A stretch of DNA of 64,000 nt from an uncultured Bifidobacteriaceae bacterium (GTDB lineage Bacteria; Actinomycetota; Acidimicrobiia; IMCC26256; PALSA-555), in assembly GCA_964501785.1 (NCBI GenBank), contig CAZCUD010000004.1:111652-175651 (forward strand), written 5' to 3'. Positions 46,850-54,499 of the stretch are shown piece by piece. Under the pieces are notes generated by a model. It was not told the DNA's origin, searched no databases, and saw only the letters and a program-made list of their open reading frames with translations. Within the stretch, counting starts at the first letter, position 1, and every line of letters begins with the position of its first letter. A program made the position numbers and the translations under genes.

Positions 46850-47973
46850 GCGACGACGAGCCGGCGATCGGCTTCCCCCAGACGTCGACGCGCGACCACG
46901 ACCAGACCCGGGTCGCCCTCGAGGGATGGCTGGCGAGCATGCTGCCGGAGGGCGCATCGCCTCGCATCACCCGCTACGAGCCTCCGTCGGGCAACGGCAT
47001 GTCGAGCGAGACGGTGCTCTTCGACGTCGAGTGGTCCGATCGGGGTGCGGCACAGCACTGGGAGCTCGTGGCGCGCATCGCGCCCTCTGCCGACAACGTG
47101 CCCGTGTTCCCCGAGTACGACCTCGACCGTCAGGCGACGACGATGCGCGCGGTCCGCACGATGAGCGACGTGCCGGTGCCGGCGGTCCACTGGACCGAGT
47201 CGGACGAGTCGGTGCTCGGCGCCCCGTTCTTCGTTATGGAGCGCATCGAGGGCGTCGTGCCGCCCGACATCCTGCCCTACAACATGATGAGCTGGCTGCT
47301 CGACGCCTCGCCCGCGGACCGTCGCCGATTGCAGGAGTCGACCGTCGCTGCCCTGGCGCGACTGCACACGATCGAGGGCGTCGAGGAGATGTTCCACTTC
47401 CTCCCCGGTGCGACAGCCGACCGCACCGCCCTCCAGCGCCACGTCGACGAGCAGCGCGACTACTACGAGTGGGTCGTGGCCGACGGCCGGCGCTCGCCGC
47501 TGATCGAATCGGCGTTCACGTGGCTCGACGAGCACTGGCCGGCCGACGAGGGACCGACGGTCCTGTCATGGGGAGACTCGCGCATCGGGAACGTGCTCTA
47601 CCGCGAGTTCGAGCCGGTCGCGATCCTCGACTGGGAGATGGCCTCGCTCGGGCCACCCGAGCTCGACGTCGCCTGGCTCGTCACCCTGCACGCGTTCTTC
47701 GAGGACGTGGCCCGCACGTACGAGATGCCGGGGCTCCCCGATCTCCTGCGCCGCGACGACGTCGTCGAGCAGTACCAGGCGATCACCGGGTACGCGCCCC
47801 GCGACCTCGACTTCTACTGCGCGTACGCGTCGACCCGACACGCCATCATCATGAGTCGCATCGGTCGCCGGTCGATCCACTTCGGCGAGGCCGAGGCGCC
47901 CGCCGACATCGACGAGCTGATCCCGCATCGGGCGATGCTCGAGGCGATGCTCGCCGAGACCTACTGGCGCTGA
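46846..47973 (+). CDS. phosphotransferase family protein (APH-like, acyl-CoA-dehydrogenase-associated type)
   Basis: The GTG at 46846 overlaps the MarR stop. It has FFVMERIEG, WGDSRIGNVLY and ILDWEMA motifs. Confidence 0.8.
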   Translation: MSDDEPAIGFPQTSTRDHDQTRVALEGWLASMLPEGASPRITRYEPPSGNGMSSETVLFDVEWSDRGAAQHWELVARIAPSADNVPVFPEYDLDRQATTMRAVRTMSDVPVPAVHWTESDESVLGAPFFVMERIEGVVPPDILPYNMMSWLLDASPADRRRLQESTVAALARLHTIEGVEEMFHFLPGATADRTALQRHVDEQRDYYEWVVADGRRSPLIESAFTWLDEHWPADEGPTVLSWGDSRIGNVLYREFEPVAILDWEMASLGPPELDVAWLVTLHAFFEDVARTYEMPGLPDLLRRDDVVEQYQAITGYAPRDLDFYCAYASTRHAIIMSRIGRRSIHFGEAEAPADIDELIPHRAMLEAMLAETYWR

Positions 47974-48007
47974 CGGCACCGATGCGGCCCCGAGCCTGCC
48001 TAGGCTC

Positions 48008-48535
48008 GTGCCCATGACCGACGTCGACCTGGACGCGCTGCGCGACCGTCGCGAGGAGCTCCGCCAGAAGTACCTGACCCCCGAGGACCAGCGGCCCGAG
48101 AGCAGCGCCCGTGGCGTCCATCACGTCGCGGTGCTCTCGAGCGACGTCGAGCAGACCATCCGCTTCTACCAGGACCTGCTCGAGTTCCCCCTCACCGAGC
48201 TCTTCGAGAACCGTGACTACAAGGGCTCGACCCACTTCTTCTTCGACATCGGCCACGGCAACGCGCTCGCGTTCTTCGACTTCCCCGGTCTCGACGTCGG
48301 CGAGTACAAGGAGGTGCTCGGCGGCCTCCACCATCTCGCGATCTCCGTGCCGCCCGATCGCTGGGAGCGGCTCAAGGCCAAGCTCGACGACGCCGGCATC
48401 GAGTACGCCCACGTCGACGGGTCGTCGATCTACTTCCGCGATCCCGACGGCACCCGGGTCGAGCTGATCAGCGACCCGCTCGGGGAGATGTACGGCTACA
48501 AGGTCGGCGAGATGCCCGACGAGCGAAGCCACTGA
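48008..48535 (+). CDS. VOC (glyoxalase/bleomycin-resistance/dioxygenase) family protein
   Basis: It has GVHHVAVLSSDVEQTIRFY and HHLAISV. Alternative start ATG at 48014. Confidence 0.85.
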   Translation: MPMTDVDLDALRDRREELRQKYLTPEDQRPESSARGVHHVAVLSSDVEQTIRFYQDLLEFPLTELFENRDYKGSTHFFFDIGHGNALAFFDFPGLDVGEYKEVLGGLHHLAISVPPDRWERLKAKLDDAGIEYAHVDGSSIYFRDPDGTRVELISDPLGEMYGYKVGEMPDERSH

Positions 48536-48537
48536 GC

Positions 48538-49464
48538 TTGGCCGTCGACACCACGCTCGCCGGTCGGCGGGCGCGACGGATGCTGCTCCTCGCGGTCGTC
48601 GCCGTGCTGCTCCTCGCCGCGCTCTACGTCGTCGCGGTGCACACCGAGTGGGGTCAGCGCATCGACGACGCGGCGCTCGACGGCCGGACGCACCGTCAGG
48701 CGGTGCTCGATGCCACGAGCCGGTTGCTCAACACGATCAGCGTCGCATCGCTCGCGCTCGGGACGATCGCGATCATGCTCGTCGCCCTGCTGCGGCACCG
48801 GCCCCACCTCGCGCTGACCGCGGGCGTCGTCATCGGCGGGAGCTGCGTCACCACCGAGCTGCTCAAGCGCTACATCCTCGATCGCCCCGATCTCGTCGGC
48901 CGCGTCGACACGCTCGGGATGACCAACAGCTTCCCGAGCGGTCACTCGACGGTCGCGATGTCGCTCGCCGTCGCGCTGGTCATCGTCGTCGCGGAGGAGG
49001 TGCGCCCGCTCGCGGCACTCCTCGGCTTCGTCTACGCGACGCTCGTCGGCGCCGGGACGGTCACGGCGGGGTGGCACCGCCCGAGCGACGTGCTCGGCGC
49101 GTACCTCGTCGTCACCGCGTGGGCCGGCGTCTCCGTCGCGGTGCTGCTGCTGGCCGAGGGCGCGGTCCGAGAGCGCGCCCCGACGCTCGTGCGGCGGATG
49201 CCCTCGCTCAGCCCCTTCCTCGCCGGGGCGGGCATCGGCCTGCTGTTCGGGGCCATGCTCGGGATCGGGGGCACCCTCGTCGCGGCCCAGAGCGACGAGC
49301 TCGACGCGGTGCAGCTGAACGCGACCTACGCCGCGTCGATCGGGGTGATCACCGGTGCGGCCCTCGTGCTGCTGGTCACGTTCATCGGGGGTCTGCGTGG
49401 CATCTCGCTCGACCCCACCGACGACGAGCAGGACGCGGTCGTCCCCGCGCCCGCTCCGAGTTGA
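48538..49464 (+). CDS. PAP2 family phosphatase, membrane-bound
   Basis: It has the acid-phosphatase motifs SFPSGHS and GWHRPSD, plus TM helices. TTG start. Confidence 0.8.
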   Translation: MAVDTTLAGRRARRMLLLAVVAVLLLAALYVVAVHTEWGQRIDDAALDGRTHRQAVLDATSRLLNTISVASLALGTIAIMLVALLRHRPHLALTAGVVIGGSCVTTELLKRYILDRPDLVGRVDTLGMTNSFPSGHSTVAMSLAVALVIVVAEEVRPLAALLGFVYATLVGAGTVTAGWHRPSDVLGAYLVVTAWAGVSVAVLLLAEGAVRERAPTLVRRMPSLSPFLAGAGIGLLFGAMLGIGGTLVAAQSDELDAVQLNATYAASIGVITGAALVLLVTFIGGLRGISLDPTDDEQDAVVPAPAPS

Positions 49465-49467
49465 GCG

Positions 49468-49866
49468 TCAGCCGAGCATCACGCCGAGGAACACCGCTGC
49501 GAGCGCGCTGATCGCCGAGAGCGCCCCGAACACCGCGAGCCCCGTCTTCGTCCGTGCGATCGAGTGCAAGAACGCGGTCACGCCGGACACGGCGACGACG
49601 ACGATCTTCACGAACAGGGTGACGCCGTACTCGCTCGACCACACCGGATCGAGCGCGAGGATGTTCCAGATCCCCGTCGCGACGAGCACCGCGAACGCGG
49701 CCCACGCGATCCGGTTGAAGCGGCGAGCGACCAGTCGGGGTGCGTCGGGTGAGATTCCCCGCAGCCCGGGCACGAGCCCCGCGAGCGTGAGCTGTCCGCC
49801 GACCCACACCGTTGCCGCGGTGACGTGGAGGAAGACCCGGACGGTGGCCCAGGTGATCGGCAGCAC
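49468..49866 (-). CDS. small 4-TM membrane protein (CopD-like)
   Basis: It has four clear hydrophobic helices. The opposite-strand ORF is low-complexity. The family assignment is tentative. Confidence 0.55.
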   Translation of the reverse strand: MLPITWATVRVFLHVTAATVWVGGQLTLAGLVPGLRGISPDAPRLVARRFNRIAWAAFAVLVATGIWNILALDPVWSSEYGVTLFVKIVVVAVSGVTAFLHSIARTKTGLAVFGALSAISALAAVFLGVMLG

Positions 49867-49931
49867 GTTCGGAACCTAGGCCGCGCACGGCCGTGACGTC
49901 GGGCTCGGGAGCCCGCGGTAGCGTCGCCGCC

Positions 49932-50663
49932 ATGACCGACGCCGTCGACCCGGATGTCGGGGTCGAGCGCATCCTTGTCGTCGCCGCCCATCCCGACGAC
50001 ATCGACTTCGGAACCGCGGGCAGCGTCGCGACCTGGACCGACAAGGGCATCGAGGTGACCTACTGCCTCGTGACCGACGGGGATGCCGGCGGCTTCGATC
50101 GCGAGATGTCGCGACGCGAGATGGCCGAGCTCCGCCGGGCCGAGCAGACCGCGGCCGCGAAGGTCGTGGGCGTCACCGAGCTGGTGTTCCTCGCGCATCC
50201 CGACGGAAGGGTGCAGCCGACGCTCGACCTTCGGCGCGACATCTCACGCGTGATCCGTCAGGTCCGGCCCCAGCGCGTGCTCGCCATGTCGCCGGAGCGC
50301 AACTACCAGCGCATCTACGCGAGCCATCCCGACCACCTCGCGACGGGGGAGGCGACGCTCGCCGCGGTCTACCCCGACGCCCGCAACCCGTTCGCGCACC
50401 CCGAGCTGCTGGAGCAGGAGGGCCTCGAGCCGTGGTCGGTCGGCGAGGTCTACCTGATGGCGCTGTCGGAGCCCGACGTCCACGTCGACGTGACCGACGC
50501 GTTCGAGCGCAAGCTCGAGGCGCTGCACTGCCACGTCAGCCAGCATCCCGACCCCGACTCCCTCGAGACGCGGCTGCGGGAGTGGGGCGCGGCTGTAGCG
50601 GCGCACGGCGGGCTCCCCGACGGGCGCCTCGCCGAGGGGTTCCTGCGGGTCGACACCCAGTAG
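49932..50663 (+). CDS. PIG-L/LmbE family deacetylase
   Basis: It has VVAAHPDDIDFG and HPDH motifs. The ATG at 49932 is preferred. Confidence 0.85.
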   Translation: MTDAVDPDVGVERILVVAAHPDDIDFGTAGSVATWTDKGIEVTYCLVTDGDAGGFDREMSRREMAELRRAEQTAAAKVVGVTELVFLAHPDGRVQPTLDLRRDISRVIRQVRPQRVLAMSPERNYQRIYASHPDHLATGEATLAAVYPDARNPFAHPELLEQEGLEPWSVGEVYLMALSEPDVHVDVTDAFERKLEALHCHVSQHPDPDSLETRLREWGAAVAAHGGLPDGRLAEGFLRVDTQ

Positions 50664-50680
50664 CTGCGGTCAGCGCCCGC

Positions 50681-51763
50681 TCAGTGGGCGTGGATGACGG
50701 AGCGGATGACCTCGCCGTCCTGCATCGCGCGCAGGCCGTCGTTCACCTCGTCGAGGGTGATCGTGCGGCTCACCATGCCGCCGAGGTCGAGCTGGCCGTG
50801 CTCGACCAGGCTCACCAGTCGGGGGAAGTCCCGCTTCACCTGAGCCGACCCGTAGACCGTGCCCACGAGCTTCTTCTCGCCGAGGATCAGCGGGAAGCTC
50901 GGGATCGTCACCATGGCGTCGCTGCGGGGCACGCCCACCGCGATCGTCATGCCACCCTGGCGCGTGCAGTTGAACGCCTGCGTGATGAGGTCGGGGTTGC
51001 CGATCACCTCGAACGCGTAGTCGGCGCCGCGTCCGCTGGTGAGCTCCATCACCTGGGCGACGACGTCGCCGTCGGCCGGGTCGACCGTGTGCGTCGCGCC
51101 GAGCTTGAGGGCCATGTCGCGCTTGAGCTGCACGGGGTCGACGGCGATGATGCGCGCCGCACCGGCGATGCGGGCGCCCTGGATCGTCGCCTGGCCCACG
51201 CCGCCGCACCCGATCACGACCACCGTCGAGCCCGGTACGACCTGCGCGGTGTTGAGCGCCGAGCCGACACCGGTGGTGACGCCGCAACCGATGAGCGCGA
51301 GCTGGTCGTCGGGGAGGTCGGTGTCGACCTTCACCAGCGACATCTCGTCGCAGATCATCGACTCGGCGAACGTGCCGAGACCCGTCATCGACGGCAGCGG
51401 CGTGCCGTCGCTGCGCGTCGCGCGAGGGTTCATCATCACGGTGTAGGTGTTCTCGCAGAGGTTCGACTGGTGGTTGCTGCAGTACCAGCACGTGCCGCAG
51501 GCGGGGATGAACGAGCCGATGACCCGGTCGCCCTCCCGGAGCCCCTTCACCTCGGCGCCGACCGACTCGACGACGCCGGCGCCCTCGTGGCCGAGGATCG
51601 CCGGTGGCGGCATCGGGAGCGTGCCGTTGATGACGGACAGGTCGGAGTGGCAGATGCCGCTGGCCATGATCCGGACGACGACGTCACGGGGCCCAGGATC
51701 GGTGGGGGTGACGTCCTCGACGGACAGAGGCCCGTCCATCTCGGTGAAGATCGCTGCGCGCAT
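50681..51763 (-). CDS. zinc-dependent alcohol dehydrogenase (class III-like MDR)
   Basis: ATG at 51763. It has GICHSD, GHEGAG, the structural-zinc Cys cluster CGTCWYC...C, and GCGGVG. Confidence 0.9.
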   Translation of the reverse strand: MRAAIFTEMDGPLSVEDVTPTDPGPRDVVVRIMASGICHSDLSVINGTLPMPPPAILGHEGAGVVESVGAEVKGLREGDRVIGSFIPACGTCWYCSNHQSNLCENTYTVMMNPRATRSDGTPLPSMTGLGTFAESMICDEMSLVKVDTDLPDDQLALIGCGVTTGVGSALNTAQVVPGSTVVVIGCGGVGQATIQGARIAGAARIIAVDPVQLKRDMALKLGATHTVDPADGDVVAQVMELTSGRGADYAFEVIGNPDLITQAFNCTRQGGMTIAVGVPRSDAMVTIPSFPLILGEKKLVGTVYGSAQVKRDFPRLVSLVEHGQLDLGGMVSRTITLDEVNDGLRAMQDGEVIRSVIHAH

Positions 51764-51807
51764 GGTTCCTCGGCTCCCGACGGTGTGCGGCTGTGAGCGA
51801 GAGGACG

Positions 51808-52755
51808 CTACCCCTCCGCGGCGGGCACCGGCCACGCGCTCAGCGGGAGCCCCGGCGTCGGCATGCCCTCCCAGGCCAGCACCTGGCCCGGGACCCCGTC
51901 GGTGACGAAGAGGGTCCGGCCGTCCTCGCCGCCGAAGCAGCAATTGGTGGTGACGCCCCGGCCGGGGATCTCGAGGAAGTCGACCCCGGTGCCGTCCGGG
52001 TCGAGGACGCGGATGCCGTGGTCCGTGGTCGCGGCGACGTAGAAGCGGCCCTCCACGTCGAGGCAGAGCCCGTCGCCGGCCACCGCGTTCGGGCTGATCT
52101 GCTCGGTCAGCCACTCCTTCGCAGCGTCGCCGCGACCGTCTGCGTGCAGACGCGCGAGCCCGAGCGCTTCGATCAGCACGGGTGCGCCATCGCGGTCGAG
52201 GGCGATCCCGTTGCAGTAGTGGAAGTCGCGGGCCACGACCCGAGCCACGCCGTCGGGCGTCATGGTGTGGACCCGCCCGGTCGGCTCCTCGGGCGGAGGG
52301 TGGTGCGGCGGATCGGTGAACCACAGGGTGCCGTCGGCCCCGACGACCAGGTCGTTGGGGGCGAGGAACGGCGTCTGCTCGCTGGTGGAGGGATCGGTCG
52401 ACGAGTCGAGCAGGTACGTGACCGCGCCGTCCGGGCCCACGCGCTGGAGGCCGGGCACCGTGGGCCGGAACGGCGGTGGGTCGTCGCCGTACAGGCCGGT
52501 GCGGGTGAAGTCGATGCCTCCGTTCTGGGTGACGACGAAGCCGCCGTCGCTCGCGAGCAGTGCCGCGTTGGCGCCGCCACCGACGTCGGCGACGCGGGTG
52601 CGCTCGCCGCGATCGAGGTCGACGCGGGTGACCGCGCCGGCGGCGACCTCGGTGACGACGAGATGGCCCGGGCTTCCTCCGCCGGCGGGCACCCAGACCG
52701 GGCCCTCACCGAACAGGATCCCGGTCGCGACGACCTCGGGTCCGCGGGGGCTCAT
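51808..52755 (-). CDS. SMP-30/gluconolactonase/LRE-like beta-propeller protein
   Basis: ATG at 52755. It has GEGPVW, the pattern FTD...PNDLVV..DG.LWFTDP, and NGIALD. Confidence 0.8.
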   Translation of the reverse strand: MSPRGPEVVATGILFGEGPVWVPAGGGSPGHLVVTEVAAGAVTRVDLDRGERTRVADVGGGANAALLASDGGFVVTQNGGIDFTRTGLYGDDPPPFRPTVPGLQRVGPDGAVTYLLDSSTDPSTSEQTPFLAPNDLVVGADGTLWFTDPPHHPPPEEPTGRVHTMTPDGVARVVARDFHYCNGIALDRDGAPVLIEALGLARLHADGRGDAAKEWLTEQISPNAVAGDGLCLDVEGRFYVAATTDHGIRVLDPDGTGVDFLEIPGRGVTTNCCFGGEDGRTLFVTDGVPGQVLAWEGMPTPGLPLSAWPVPAAEG

Positions 52756-52765
52756 GGCCGGGGCA

Positions 52766-53809
52766 TCACGCCGGATAGCTCGGTGCGCCGGCCGCCTCCC
52801 AGCGCTCGACGAACTCGAAGAACTCGGCACCGAAGGGGTCGATGCCGCGCACGGGCATCGAACCCCGAACGATCGTCCAGTCGTTGGGCGCCAGGTCGAG
52901 CGCGGCCTGGAGGTGACGCGCCGCGTCGTCGGTCCGCCCCATGCGGTGGAGGTGCATGGCGAGGCGCCGCTCCGCCCGGGCCTGCTGGAGGTCGTCGTCG
53001 GGATCGACCTGGCGCCGAGCGATCTCCTGCTCGTCGACCGGAAGATCGCCTTCGCGGACCCAGCGCCGCAGCTCGTCGTGGTGCACCGAGGAGTCGATCT
53101 TGGTGAACTCGCGGAACTGGTCGTCCCCGGGCGCGATCGCCGGCGGGCGGACGATCCGTCCCTCCTCGTCGATCCACACCGTCGACGGGACGTTGATCAC
53201 CCCGAAGCGCTCGGCGACCAGGTGGTCGCGGTCGACCAGCACCGGCAGGCGCGTCGGAGAGGGGGGCTCGTCGAGCGCCCACTGGCGGACCGCCTCGGCA
53301 TCCTCGTCGAGCGCCACGGAGATGATGACGACGTCGTCGCCGAGCTCGTCCTGGAGCATCTGCCACGACGGGATCTCCCACCGACAGCCGCACCACGACG
53401 CCCAGGTCGAGATGACGCGCTTGCGGCCGGCGAAGTCACCGAGCGACACCGGGTTGCCGTGCACGTCGGGCAAGGTGAAGTCGGGGGCCTGCTGCTCGTC
53501 GAGCAGCGCATCGATGACCTCGCGAGGCTCGCCGATCACCGCGACCGGCAGGCCGGCGGGCTCGAGCGCGAGCGGTCGGCGGACCGCGGTGGCGAACGCG
53601 CGCAGCGAGACGAGCCCATCGACGAGGACGTCGAGCCCGCGCGGCACCGGGATGCAGACGTCGCCCCGGCAGAAGCCGCGGGGCTCGAGGTGCCATCCGG
53701 TCGCGGCCTCGAGCGAGGCGCCGTCGACCAGGAGGTCGTCGGGGCGCGGGGTGGCCACGATCTCGTGCTCCTGCTCGCCGTCGATGAGGGTCGCCACGGT
53801 CGCCGTCAT
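52766..53809 (-). CDS. TlpA/ResA-like thioredoxin-fold protein with CGC (CxC) motif, N-terminal Cys-containing domain and TPR-like C-terminus
   Basis: The thioredoxin-fold block is DFTLPDVHGNPVSLGDFAGRKRVISTWASWCGCRWEIP. No signal peptide. Confidence 0.7.
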   Translation of the reverse strand: MTATVATLIDGEQEHEIVATPRPDDLLVDGASLEAATGWHLEPRGFCRGDVCIPVPRGLDVLVDGLVSLRAFATAVRRPLALEPAGLPVAVIGEPREVIDALLDEQQAPDFTLPDVHGNPVSLGDFAGRKRVISTWASWCGCRWEIPSWQMLQDELGDDVVIISVALDEDAEAVRQWALDEPPSPTRLPVLVDRDHLVAERFGVINVPSTVWIDEEGRIVRPPAIAPGDDQFREFTKIDSSVHHDELRRWVREGDLPVDEQEIARRQVDPDDDLQQARAERRLAMHLHRMGRTDDAARHLQAALDLAPNDWTIVRGSMPVRGIDPFGAEFFEFVERWEAAGAPSYPA

Positions 53810-53815
53810 GCCCGC

Positions 53816-53825
53816 ACCCTAGGCT
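53816..53825. promoter_or_regulatory. overlapping divergent -10-like hexamers around CCTAGG (TAGGCT on +, TAGGGT on -), both positioned for leaderless mRNAs
   Basis: The intergenic region is only 23 bp. The + hexamer ends 7 nt before ATG 53833, and the - hexamer ends 6 nt before ATG 53809. Confidence 0.3.
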
Positions 53826-53832
53826 CCGCCCG

Positions 53833-54444
53833 ATGAGCGGAGCCCGGCCCCTGCGCAGCGGTGCTCTGCTCGTCCGCCACGGCCAGTCGACCTGGAACGC
53901 CGAGCAGCGCTGGCAGGGGCAGGCCGACCCACCGCTGAGCGAGCTCGGCGAGCACCAGGCGGTGGAGGCGCGCGCCGCGGTCGCGGGGTTGGCGCCGGTC
54001 CGGGTCCTGGCCTCCGACCTCCGGCGCGCGGCGCGCACGGCCGAGCTGCTCGCACCCCGAGCTGTCGCGGTCGAGTGCGATCCGGTGTGGCGAGAGCGCG
54101 ACGCCGGCGAGTGGGAGGGCATGACGCGCGTCGAGATCGAGACCGACTACCCGGGATGGCTCGAGACGCACCGACGACCTCCGGGGTACGAGGACGACGA
54201 CCAGGTGCTCGCGCGGGCGCTCCCCGCGCTGGAGGCGCTGGTGGCCGAGGCCTCCGAGTCGATCGTCCTCGTCGTGACCCACGGCGGCCTGATCGGCACG
54301 CTCGAGCGGCACCTGCACGCGCCGTGGGTGCGCGTCCCCAACCTGGGGGGCCGGTGGTTCCACCCGGAAGCCGGCGGGCTCGCCCTCGGCGAGCGCGAGG
54401 TGCTCGTCGACGCCGAGACGGTCACGGTGCCCGACCAGATCTGA
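53833..54444 (+). CDS. histidine phosphatase (phosphoglycerate-mutase-like) family protein
   Basis: It has the LVRHGQSTWN catalytic RHG motif and a distal THGG. Confidence 0.85.
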   Translation: MSGARPLRSGALLVRHGQSTWNAEQRWQGQADPPLSELGEHQAVEARAAVAGLAPVRVLASDLRRAARTAELLAPRAVAVECDPVWRERDAGEWEGMTRVEIETDYPGWLETHRRPPGYEDDDQVLARALPALEALVAEASESIVLVVTHGGLIGTLERHLHAPWVRVPNLGGRWFHPEAGGLALGEREVLVDAETVTVPDQI

Positions 54445-54499
54445 GGCGATCGTCAGGCCGGTAGGATGGTCGGTCCCCAAAAACCCGACCGGAGCCTCG

